64,000 nt of DNA from Psilocybe cubensis (Eukaryota): positions 868,001 to 932,000 of the forward strand of contig CM039004.1 of NCBI GenBank assembly GCA_017499595.2, written 5' to 3'. Positions 13,901 to 25,989 of the stretch are shown in pieces. Each line of letters begins with the position of its first letter. Within the stretch, counting starts at the first letter, position 1. The notes beneath the pieces were generated by a model that saw only the letters and a program-made list of their open reading frames with translations, searched no databases and was not told the origin of the DNA. Position numbers and translations under genes: made by a program.

Positions 13901-16128
13901 CGGTTCGCGAAGAGGGAGAGCTCCTGTTTCGGGCCGATGACCATGGATTGCTCAAGCGCTTCTGCGTCGACACTGCATCAATGACGAGGACGTAGAAATT
14001 TGGTCAGTAATCAGTAAAAGAATGTACGCTCAGGATATTTTTAATAAGCAAAAAGAAAATAGATAGGGGTACATTTCAAATCAACCAATCCAATCACGCT
14101 AATTCCCAGAGCAAACAACAAGGCATACCGCAATCCACAGAACCACACCAAGAAACAAAAATAAAAACAAAAAAGAAAGGAAGAAAGTCACTCACCCATC
14201 GCGCATCAACACACTAGGTTCCACACATACCACCGCATTCGCCCTGATATGCTCACGGTCAAACTCCTCCCTCGTCCTCACATCCACCACCAGCACATTA
14301 TGGTCCTGCAAATACATCTGCAGCTCGCGTGGGAACGCCGTGTTGCGCACAGGTATAGGGGTCCGCGGTTTCCCGCTCCCGCTTCCACTGGCGTTCGTAG
14401 TTGGCGTTCCGTTCGTGCTGGTGCTGCTGATCCCGTTCGACAGCCCAGACGGGCGATGCGGTGCTGTCGACCTGTTATTCACCATCGGGTACCCCCCTCC
14501 ACCTCCACCACCACTCCCACCTCCACCCGAAGGTGACGGCGGCCGACTCGACATGGCGAACACCGCGGTCGGCGAGATGGGCGTGCTCGACGGACGCTCG
14601 ATCGGCACAGTAAAGTTGCGGAACGCAGCGAGGGGTGAAGGCGAGGTTGGTTCGTTGCTGCTGCTGTTGCGGAATTCCTTGGAGGGTTTGCTAGGTAGCG
14701 ACGGGACGGCGGGGAGGTTGGCATAGGCTGATGTCGACGTCGATGTTGAGGTATTAGATTTGGGAGACCCGGACGCTCCAGCACCAGGCAGCCCGCTTGG
14801 AACAGAGGGCAGCGTCGCTAGCGCACTGTTAAATGCCGGATCCTCATCCAGCTCGTCGATTGACGGGAATGCCTGATTGAATCCCGAGATCTCCTTGTCG
14901 TAATTGTAGCTGCCATAGCTACTGCTCCCGCTACCACCACCGGTGCTACTACTACTGTAGCTCCGACCGATGCTACTGCTGGCACTGGTACTCGGATAAC
15001 TGCTTTTGAGCACGGACGAGGTTGTGGGCGACGAGCTGGGTGTAGATAGCGGGGATGGCGGGCCGAATGAATTGGGGTTAACGAGGGCATGGATGGACTG
15101 TGAAGACGTTGATGTAGATGCTGAGATGGAAGGGGAAAGCGGAGGTGCGTTAGCGTTAGCGTTAGTGTAATAGTTACTGCTGCTGCTACTTGAGCTTGCG
15201 TTGGCAGCGGAATTGCTCCCGCTAAAGCTGCTGGCATATGGAGACTGCGGAACTGACGGGAAGTGCGGAGACGCAGCGGGGGGCGTTGGTAGGTTGATGC
15301 TATTATTGTGACTATGGTTGGTGCTGCTGTGGTTGCTGGAGCTGGTGTAGCTGTCCCGATCGCGTAACTTGGTTGGGCCGAGCGAGAGCCCGTTGTCCTG
15401 TAGTGCGCGCAGGCGATCCGCGATGGATGCGCCTACCGGTTGCTCCTTTGCCTCACTGCATTGAATATATCATGATAAACGAAATAGAAAGCATGGGACG
15501 AGAGTGGACACGCACGCAGCCTGAGCTTTTTCGATGGCTTTCAGCTTTTCCTCGACAGCATTCGTGCGGGCACTGATATCACGGGCATCGTTCTGTCATC
15601 GTCACCATACACATAAGCGGATCTCAGAATGTACATAGAATACAAGCGAACGGTACGCACCGCAAGCAGGTCGTTTAGCTCCCTCCTGATCGTGCTGTTC
15701 TTGCCCTTGGACTCCTGGATGTACTCTGGCGAATCCATGGCCATCTTGGCGAGGGTCGCAGCTTTGATGTATGATCCCAGCGCCGCCCGCAGGTCGCCCT
15801 TGGCCTCGTAGTCCTTTGCAAGCAGAACCTGGGTGCGCGAGCTCCGGATGAGGGTCACGGCGGAGAAACCGCGCGCCTCCTTGTGGACGCCCTCCTTTGC
15901 CTTGTTCTTGATGTCCGCAACGGAGATGGGACTGTCCGCATAGCCTGGACCACCGCTGGTGCTGCTGTTGGGAAGCCTTTGGCCGTTTGCAGTAGATGAA
16001 GTGGGAGCTGAAGAGACAGAGACGGATGAAGAGACGGATGAAGACTTGTGGTGGCCGTTGTGTGACATCCACTTACTGTGGGAGGGGGCAGAGGGCGGGT
16101 TGTTGGGGAGGAGGGCAACCCCGGGCAT
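10977..16128 (-). CDS. DOA4: Ubiquitin carboxyl-terminal hydrolase (USP/peptidase C19) with rhodanese-like domain, Doa4/Ubp4/USP8 type
   Basis: Rhodanese-like VLVVDVRTREEFDREHI; Cys box GLKNLGNTCYMNAPIQCL; QHDSQEFL; His box GVTNHYGFLSSGHYTAF; terminal AYVLFYKR; long S/G/P-rich linkers. Confidence 0.88.
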
Positions 16129-16758
16129 GAAGTGGTCTGTGGCGAACGAATAGATAGGACTGAATGGCGGAGTCTATGGTCTAGTCAATAAGATAGTCTG
16201 CCAGGAGTAGCAAGTTAACACGATGTGAATCAGCTCTCTACAACTCCCAATCCATCCCTTATGTAAGCACCTGCTGCGAACATGCCATTTGTTTTTTTCC
16301 GCTTGGCTTCATTTTCTATTTGCCTGTCATTTCTGTCTCCGGACACTGCGCTCGACCCTTTGCTCAGTCTTTTCATGACGCAATGATATGTGAGGGTCAA
16401 GGGTTAGCTCAGGTTCAGAACGTAACATCATACTATCCCCAATCAGTCGTCTTCTTTTCATCGTTATCGCCTGCGTGTTCAGCAGACTTTGCAGATCATT
16501 GCTTTGTTCAGAAAGATATGCAAGTAGCGAGTCCTACTCATTGGCAAGTATCTTACTACTAGGAAGCAGAAAGTCGTCGAGTAGGTGTTTATAAAAATAT
16601 CACTCGGAAGTCTCCCGAATCAAACAATAAAAGCTGTGTTTACAGTTCAGTCATGCCATGAAGTTGCACTGCATCCCCCCAGGCCTCAGAACACATGGAT
16701 TTAACCCAGTCGTAGTTTTTCAATCCATCCTACCTTTCAAATACATCTCATCTTAACT

Positions 16759-18732
16759 ATGCAAGCAGAAACGACATTCTTCAATCATGCAAGCAACGTC
16801 GTGGTCAATGGAGGCAGCTTCACTGCAGTGTCCAAACCACCACATGCTAACTCAGGCAAAAGTGCGCTACAGAACAACTATATTCCTCCAGGAAAAATTG
16901 GTAAAGATGGTATGTGTCGACGATAGAACTCGTGTAAACCCCCTTGTATACAAATTTCCTTTAGACGTACTGGCTATCCTTCACAACCACAGTGCTTTAG
17001 CTGGTCTACTCGACGCCAAGGAACGGTTCGACGCACCCAAATGTGATCCATCTACGCGAATCGGAATTATCAAAAAGCTCACAAATTGGGTTGAATCCGA
17101 GAGTCAATCATTGCCATCTTCTCTGTTGTGGCTGCACGGTCCAGCAGGAGTAGGGAAATCGGCATTAATGCAGCAATTGGGGCTCATCATGCAAGAAAAA
17201 GGCAACCACGCTGCGAGTTACTTCTTTTCACGCACCGCCGTTGGACGAAGCGATGGAAATTCTCTGATCGTCACTTTGGCATACCAGCTCGCTATGAACT
17301 TTCCACCCATTCGTGCGCACATTGCCAGTAACCTGAATAAAAATCCGGGTATCTTTTCATTGTCGAACAAAGTGAAGATGCAATTGCTTGTTGTCGATCC
17401 AATCGATAAATTGTGCGCGACTAGTTTCTGGAAGCGTTTCTTTCGCGAGCGTTTCTTGAGATTGCGGTCCACGATGCAGATTCCAAGACTTGTCATAGTA
17501 GACGGTTTGGACGAATGCGACAATCAGGATATCCAATCCGACATTCTGTTACTCGTTGCCCATGCCATTTCCCAGCTTCGTCTCCCACTTCGTTTCATCA
17601 TCGCAAGTCGTCCAGAGGCACACCTGTTATCTTCATTCAACAATTCGATATTTGACAAGATATCCTATACGCACATTAATCTAGGAGAAGACGGGGACGC
17701 TGAACATGACATCTTTCTTTTTTTAACCAAAGAATTCAAGGAAATTCGATTAAACCATCCCTTAGGCAGGCTCCTTCCTGACCCTTGGCCAACGCCTGCT
17801 CAAATGGATACGCTCGTAATGAATCTTCAGGAGGATTTATATATCCTGCGACGGTGCTGAAATACATAAAATCTCCATACCTTAGACCAGACGAGTGTCT
17901 CAAGGTGATCCTTGGACTATCCTCCATCCCTTCTAGTGATCGTCCATATGCACAGCTGGATGATCTTTATTCCCACATATTCAATTCCGCCCACGAAGCT
18001 CACAAGACATCCGTCAGACTTATTTTTAGTGTCCTTGCAATTCCCAGCACAGAACATTATTCAAAAACGACCATCTCACCTTCTCTCCTGAACAAATATC
18101 TTTCCTTTTCTCCCGGCCACGTTGAACAAGTGTTACAAAATTTCCTTTGTTTGGTTGACCTGCAAGGGGAAGACGATCCTGTGAAATTGCATCACGCTTC
18201 TCTGTCGGATTTTCTTCTCGATCCAAAAAGGTCTGGAGAATTCTGCGTGGACTTTGGACTTGTTCATAAAGCTCTGGCAGATGGATATGTTCCACGACTA
18301 CTTTCTGGCTCCTTTGCCTGTATTCCAGCACACGAATCTTTTGTGGGCTCTGCAGAGTTAAGATTACTGTATGATATGGCATTGAACCACTGTCAGCGCG
18401 CATTTGAAAACGGTATGCCCTTCCATGAGGCATATGCGCCTTTGGATAAAGCCCATCACAGTATTATACCTTGGGCCCACTTACTAACGGTATATAAAAA
18501 TCCGCTCAAAATCGGCCTGGATGTATCTTCCTTTAGGCCACATGAAAACTTTCAACGATATTTATATTTAGTTCCTATCCTTTTTGAAGACCATGTGAAG
18601 CCCCGATCCGGGCAGCGGACCTGCAAGGCGCGCCCTTCATTAGTCGACTTCCTCATGGACTACTCACGCTCGGGATTGAAACTGGAGCCCCTCGACAAAG
18701 ACGACGATACATGGCATTTTGTAAAAGGTTAA
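16759..18732 (+). pseudogene. NACHT-domain NLR-like gene copy 1; one frameshift (pseudogene or sequencing error)
   Basis: Exon 1 MQAETTFFNHASNVVVNGGSF..., intron ~16910-16964; Walker A WLHGPAGVGKS; Walker B LVIVDGLDEC; ASRPE. At ~17821 ATGAATCTTCA lacks one A compared with ATGAAATCTTCA (MKSSGG) in copy 2. Confidence 0.85.
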
Positions 18733-19248
18733 ATTTCAACCGATTTAGATACCCATTCAACAAATGAAAAGTGACACTACCCCTTTGCGTCTTCGGCCCT
18801 TTTGTATCGAAGGATTTCCATGTCGGTAATTATATTGGTGGTGTTGAGAGATCGTCAACCCACTCTCTCAAAAAACCCGTTTTACCACACCTATTTGTTG
18901 CACGCAATTTGTACAAAGTTCTACGAACGACTCAACTTCAACAATGCAAAAAACGAGATACTAGAATGAGGGCTGGATGAGTGCCGCCAATGAGTGTCCA
19001 GGATGTTATGGGTCAAGGGTAGCATTGCTTGAAGAGCTATAGCTTTATTATACGTATCAGCGCAGCCATTAGGTGTTGATAAAAATATTACCCAGAAGTC
19101 TCCCGACTCATCAAACACTAAGGCTATGTGTTTATAGTTCAGTCATGCCATGATTGCACTGCATCCCCTAAGGCCTCAGAATACATGGCTGTAACCCAGT
19201 TGTAGCTTCTCAATCTATCCTACCTTTCAAATCCATCCCATCTCAACT

Positions 19249-21193
19249 ATGCAAGCAGAAACGACATTCTTCAATCATGCAAGCAACGTCGTGGTCAATG
19301 GAGGCAGCTTCAGCGCAGTGTCCAAACAACTACATACTCACTTAGGCAGCAGTGCGCTACAGAACAACTATATTCCGCCAGGAAAAATTGGTAAAGATGG
19401 TAAGTGTCAACGATAGAAATCGCGTAAACCACCTTTTATACAATTTCTTTAGACGTACTGGCTATCCTTCACAACCACAGTGCTTTAGCTGGTCTACTCG
19501 ACGCCAAGGAACGGTTCGACGCACCCAAATGTGATCCATCTACGCGAATCGGAATTATCAAAAAGCTCACAAATTGGGTTGAATCCGAGAGTCAATCATT
19601 GCCATCTTCTCTGTTGTGGCTGCACGGTCCAGCAGGAGTAGGGAAATCGGCATTAATGCAGCAATTGGGGCTCATCATGCAAGAAAAAGGCAACCACGCT
19701 GCGAGTTTCTTCTTTTCACGCACCGCCGTTGGACGAAGCGATGGAAATTCTCTGATCGTCACTTTGGCATACCAGCTCGCTATGAACTTTCCACCCATTC
19801 GTGCGCACATTGCCAGTAACCTGAATAAAAACCCGGGTATCTTTTCATTGTCGAACAAAGTGAAGATGCAATTGCTTGTTGTCGATCCAATCGATAAATT
19901 GTGCGCGACTAGTTTCTGGAAGCCTTTCATTCGCGAGCATTTCTCGAGATTGCAGATTCCAAGACTTGTCATAGTAGACGGTTTAGACGAATGCGACAAT
20001 CAGGATATTCAATCCGACATTCTGTTACTCGTTGCCCATGCCATTTCCAAGCTTCGTCTCCCACTTCGTTTCATCATCGCAAGTCGTCCTGAGGCACACC
20101 TATTATCTTCATTCAACAACTCGATATTTGACAAGATACTCTATAGGCTTAATCTAGGAGCCGATGGTGATGTTAAACATCTTTCTTTTTTTAGCTAAAG
20201 AATTCAAGGAAATTCGATTAAACCATCCCTTAGGCAGGCACCTTCCTGACCCTTGGCCAACGACTGCACAAATAAGCACACTTGTAATGAAATCTTCAGG
20301 AGGATTCGTATATCCTGCGACGGTGCTGAAGTACATAAAGTCTCCATACCTTCGACCAGACGAATGTCTCAAGGTGATCCTTGGCCTATCCTCCACCCCT
20401 TCTAGTGATTGTCCATATGCACAGCTGGATGATCTTTATTCCCATATATTCAATTCTGCCCACGAAGCCCACAAAACATCCGTCAAACTTATCTTTAGTG
20501 TTCTTGCAGTTCCCAGCACACAACAATATTCAAAGACAATCATCTCACCTGCTCTCCTAAACACATAATCTTTCGTTTTCTCCCGGCCACGTTGAACAAG
20601 TGTTGCAAAATTTCCTTTCTTTGGTTGATCTGCGAGGGGAACACGATCCCATAAAATTGCATCACGCTTCTCTGTCCGATTTTCTTATCGATCCAAAAAG
20701 GTCTGGAGAATTTTGCGCGGACTTCAGACTTGTTCATAAATCTCTGGCAGATGGATGTCTTCCACAACTACTTTCTGGCTCCTTTCCATCACACGGTTCT
20801 TTTGTGGGCTCGGAAGAGTTAAGATTCCTATATGACATGGCGTTGAACCACTGTCAGCGCGCCTCTGAAACCAATATGCCCCTCCATGAGGCATATGCGC
20901 CTTTGGATAAAGTCCATCGTAAGGTTTTATCTTGGACCCCTTATTTATCGGTATATAAGAACCTGCCGGGCATCTTTCTGGATGCATATTCCTTTAAGCT
21001 CGACATTATCTTTAGCGTAGATTCACATCTGGTTCCTATTCTTTTTGACGAATATAGGAGGACCCAACCTGAGTGGTCAATCTGCAACGCACGCCCTCCA
21101 TTATCCGACTTCCTCATGGACTACTCACGCTCGGGATTGAAACTGGAGCCCCTCGACAAAGACGAGGATATATGGCATTTTATGAAAGGTTAG
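19249..21193 (+). pseudogene. NACHT-domain NLR-like gene copy 2; two frameshifts
   Basis: Tandem paralog of copy 1 (offset ~2490 nt) with the same motifs. A 5-nt deletion at ~20178 (CATGACATCTTT to CATCTTT) and a 1-nt insertion at ~20566 (ACATAATC vs AAATATC) break the frame. Confidence 0.85.
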
Positions 21194-21446
21194 ATTTCAA
21201 CCGGTTTATATACTCATTCAAGAGAGGGGGGAGGAACACCCGCCTTTTTGTCATCGGCCCTGGCAGGGGGAACACGCTTGCGGCTAGAACTTGGAGTAAT
21301 ATTATTTACCTTTTTGCAATTGTAATGTCATTTCATTGGGATAACGCCTCGTATCAATGATTTCATACTCAGGCGGGATGTGAGTACAGGCCGAGTATAC
21401 AGTATCAGCATAGACAGCTAAAATGTGTCAACAAATGTCCAAGATG

Positions 21447-23417
21447 TTATAGGTCAACGGGTATTGCTTGAAAAGGTATAGCGCGGCAATCCTGGGGAAG
21501 CTCTCCGGTGAGTATCTGCAAGCCAGAGCGCGATTGGTCCATGAGGAATTTGTATAACGGTGGCTTTGCAGTGCAGACCACTCTGACGTTGGCTTCTTCC
21601 CGAAATTCGTCGAAAAGACATAAAATGCTACGGAAATCTGTGATATTATGGCGATTTAACTCCCATTGCAGCTGAACTTTGGGGGAGTCTATGCATTTGA
21701 ATAAAAAGGGAGCGAACGGTATAACGAGGCCGTGTAACTTATCCAACTGAGCATAGGCTTCGTAGAAGGGGATACCGTTTTTGAATGCAAACTCACTATG
21801 TTCTGCGGCAAGATCGTAGCAATGGTGAGGTCCCAATGGCATTATTGATTGTTCGACTTGTATACCACCACTCTGTCCGTCTTGCATACATTGCAATCCC
21901 AGGGTACTGTATCCACGCGCTAGAGCCTTATGAGCAAGTCCCAAGTCAGCGCAAAATTCCCCGGAGCGTTTTATATCGAGAAGAAAATCAGAAAGGGATG
22001 CATGAAGTAGTTTGATGGGGCGTTGGGCGCCTTGTAGGCTGACTAGACACAGAAAATTTCCTAGCACTTGCTCGACGTGGCCCAAAGGAAAAAAGAGGAG
22101 TTTGTCAAGAAGAGCAGGTGTTGCGAAGTTTCCTAAATTGTCATATTCTGTCCGAGGAATTACAAGGATACTGAAGAGTAGTTTTATAGACTCTTTGTGA
22201 GCATCGTGAGCGGAGTTGAAGATATAAGAGTATAGATCATCCAACTGAGCATAGGGACGGTCACTAGTGGGGATAGAGCATAAGCCAAGGATCACCTTGA
22301 GACACTCGTCTGGTCTAAGATAAGGAGACTTTATGTACTTCAACACCGTTGTAGGATAAATGAACCCTCCTGATGACTTCATCACGAGCGTATCAATTTG
22401 AGCAGATGTTGGCCAAGGATTGGGGAGATGCTTGCCTAGAGGATGAGTTGATCGAAGTTCCTTGAATTCCTTGGTTAGAAAAAGAAGAACGTCACGTTCG
22501 GCATCCACGTCTGCCCCTAGATTAATGTGTGTATACGGTATCTTGTCAAATATCGAATTGTTGAATGAAGATATCAGGTGCGCCTCTGGACGACTTGCAA
22601 TGATGATACGAAGTGGGAGATGAAGTTCGTTAATGGCGTGCGCAATAAGTAATAGAATGTCACATTGAATATCTTTGTTGTCGCATTCATCCAAGCCATC
22701 GATTATTATCAGACGTGGTGGCTTTGAGGTTTTCGTCGAAAAAAGATGTCGAAATATTTTTTTCTTGCCGCGCAATTTATTGATTGGGTCAATAATCAAT
22801 AACTGCAATTTCTTTTTGTTGGTCAATGAAAAGATACCCGGATTGCGCTTCAGGTTCTTTGCAATGTGAGAGCGGATGGGTGGAAAGTTCATAGCCAGTT
22901 GGTAGGCCAAAGTGACGATTAAAGAGTTTCCATTATTGCGTCCCGTGGAGGTCCGAGAAAAGAAAAAGCTCGCAGCGTGTTCGTTTTTTTCCTGCATGAG
23001 GAGTCCCAATTGTTGCATTAAGGCTGATTTCCCTACCCCTGCAGGACCATGGAGCCACAACAGAGAAGACGACAATGATTTCCTCTCGGATTTGACCCAC
23101 TTTGTTAGCCTTTCGATGATCGCAAGTCGTGTAGATGGGTCGCATTTGGGCGCATCAAATCGTTCCTCGGCGTCGAGAAGACCCGCCAGAGCACTGTGAT
23201 TGTGAAGAACGGCCACTACGTCTAAAGGAAATTACAAACACAGAATTGATGCTTTATGTGCACGCTCACCATCACGGTGTATTTTCCCTGCCGGTGCATT
23301 GTATTTACTGTGCACTGCCGTTCTGTTGTCCTGTGGAGGATTGGCCAGTGGTTGATGTGATGCGGTAAAGTTGCCTCCATTGACCACGACGTTACTTGCA
23401 TTGTTGAAGAAAGACAT
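21447..23417 (-). CDS. NACHT-domain NLR-like protein copy 3, intact, two exons
   Basis: Exon 1 MSFFNNASNVVVNGGNFT..., gtgagc..ttag intron (~23223-23269), then an uninterrupted ~590-codon exon with GPAGVGKS, IIIDGLDEC, ASRPE and HASLSDFLLDIKRSG. Confidence 0.9.
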
Positions 23418-24680
23418 ACGTTTTACAGCTGAGGGGTGATAGTTGAGTTAGTACATGAGTTTCAAAATGTAGAAGCCTAGGGTTGTAGACAAGTCGAAGA
23501 ATCGCCTTAGGAGCAGTGCGCGTGCCAGTGGCGATGCGCGAGCACAGCAGAAGGTGGCAAGAACTGTAAATAGCCTCAGAACTGCGGTCAGCCAATAGAA
23601 ACCTTGTGACCTCATGATTTAATATCGATAGGCACATTGGCACATCGCATTGACGAGGGAAGGAAGCGCCTGGCTGCGGAAGTTGGCAAATCTCTGGTTG
23701 ATTCTATCGCGCACTGAACAAATATTTCAAGCTCAGACAGAACTCAGACGCGGCAAATAACGACCATTGAAAACACTTCGAAACATTTCGAAACACAATT
23801 TGGCAAAAGTGATTGTCTTGAATTTCCTGAGGTGACCCGTCATTTAGAGGCTTGGAGAAATGATAGATCTATGCAATCTGATTCTTTTCAAGCAGAAGTT
23901 TATCGGCCTCTTGAAACCACGTTTACCGCAGCATATGAAATGCTTGGAAGCACACTAGTGCGGTATCATACACATTGGCAGAGACTAGTAGAGACATGAA
24001 GGGAGTATAAGGCCACAAAGAAAGCCAGGAATGGGATCACTAAGCGTAATCGCTGTAGATTTGCGCTATCATCGCACCTCAAAATTATGATCGGCTATCA
24101 GCATAGTCATATAGTGGCACTGACTGCATAAAGCCGCATACCGTTAGGTTAACATTGGACGAAAATTGGCAAACGACAATCACCACTATATCAAGTTAGT
24201 ACGTCACATATCAGTTCAAATCATGTATCTTCCGGGGGTGCTTAAACCACGTTCTGACGGTCCAACTTATGAAGACATGTATTTTATAGTTCATACATAG
24301 ACGATTTTAGATAGACGATTTTAAAGAGAATAACAAGTATATGGTCATTAGAGAGTAAGAAAGTGTCCACAACTAGACCAGGAATGCAAAGAATTTAAGC
24401 CAGAGACATTTTACGGGCTACATGTAAAAATGAAAATGGAGACTTTCGGCATAAGGTAGAATCTACATTGACGAGGTCAAACGCTACGTCCATGTATGCT
24501 CGCTTAGAGTTTGCGTCAATGCTAAAGATGATAGATGAGGCTTCTTTGTGACAGTAAGCAAACTTGCCAGACCATGAAATATGGAGAAGCAAAAGTATAT
24601 AACGCAAGTTCCATGTAACTACCTAGCACCCCACCAGTTACAGCAAATCCTACAGCTTCAATTATCAATTCTCTCTCAGA

Positions 24681-25279
24681 ATGTTTAAGTCTACGTACAT
24701 TGTAGCTCTCGCTGTGCTTGCTGTTTCAAACTACGGCACCCTTGCTAGCCCGATTGTTCAACCAAGCGTTATCCATCATCATCATCATCACCACCACCAT
24801 AACACTAGTAGAGCCGTGCGCCCGACACCTACGGTACAGGCAACTACAACCCATGAAGCGGCTTTGGCAGAAGGTGCTCATCAATAGTGACAATGATATA
24901 TGCCATCTCGCTCACTATTGCAATTAGCCACGCAGAAAAATCTCAAAAGAGACGCTGGGAATGTTCCAGGAGGGAACACTGAATTAACTGCTTCAAAGGA
25001 CTACAGTAAGACAATTATGCCGCCAGCTAAGACAGCTAAAAAATGTGAGTCTTTCTTCTACCAACGGTACATGATCATGTCTTTCTCAAATATTCATTTT
25101 TCAACTCAATTGTTTTAGCCACAAATGATATCCAAAATACAGCGCGTTTGTTTTCACATGGAGCAATGCAAGCCGGAGCCAATTTCCGAGATGGAGCTAT
25201 CGCAACTGGAAGTCAAATCCTAGGTGCGGGTGCCAACATGTTCAGTGGAGGCGCTAATGAGGGGGCCTTGAATGTTTAA
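24681..25279 (+). CDS. Small secreted protein (~156 aa) with His9 tract and dibasic Kex2-type site
   Basis: Signal-peptide-like MFKSTYIVALAVLAVSNYGTLA/SP. Exons 24681-24873, 24928-25044 and 25119-25279 join in frame across GT-AG introns; HHHHHHHHH; NLKR/DAG. Confidence 0.75.
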
Positions 25280-25989
25280 AAGTTTTTAATTTGAATGGGG
25301 TAGGCAAATACCTTGAATGAGCTCAAGTACTTCGTCGAAAAGCTGTAGGTCATATGTACATCAATGGAGAAAATATTAAAAAAACATGTACCGTTTATGC
25401 TTGTAAAATTTGACAGTTGAATCTGAAATTAGATACACGGAGTACTGGTCATGATCATGATCATTGTGATGTCAATCCTTGTTGATTTGATGTGACAAAG
25501 GGCTCGACAACTAGAACTCTGTACTGACATTCACATCTATGATATACCATTGACCCAGTATATGTGCTAAGAGATAATGCTGGCAAGCATTCTACTCTTG
25601 TTCATTGATTTTCCCTTTGCGGCAAGCATCACGTGGGAACAATGATGTCACACTTTCGCTGGTTTCCTGGTTGCAACTTGGTTGCAACTCCTGCCCATCA
25701 CTGCCATGTATACACGGAACTTTCATATTTGCAGAAACGAGAACATTCATTTGTCACATCAAGTGATAAGACCCAGAGCTCTTTGTCATATCAGTCAGCC
25801 GTGTCCAAAATGGTCGTGGGTCACCCTTTAATCAAGACACTCCATCAACGCTCGCGGCGCTTTGCCAGCTATCACACTTTGTCAGTCTGATATCGCTGCG
25901 CTTGGGCGGTGCAGGGCACCGCTGAGCAAACACTTTGACCCTCTCTTATAGACCATATTACCTGTGGTGTTTAGCATTGGTCCTATGTG

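Larger units (their letters stand above)
16582..21482 (+). repeat. Tandem direct duplication of ~2.45 kb (units ~16582-19043 and ~19070-21482)
   Basis: Homologous promoters (taggtgtt.ataaaaatat..), coding regions and ends; the last ~48 nt of each unit match each other. Confidence 0.85.

Noticed and set aside
16385-16410. Second possible relic of the copy 3 tail (GGGTCAAGGGTTAGC) upstream of NLR copy 1
   Set aside because: Match is too short to distinguish from chance.
25140-25279. C-terminus of the secreted protein as the cognate amyloid motif of the NLRs
   Set aside because: Only loose resemblance (LFSH..GANF, MFSGG) with different spacing, and a secreted protein would not meet a cytosolic NLR.
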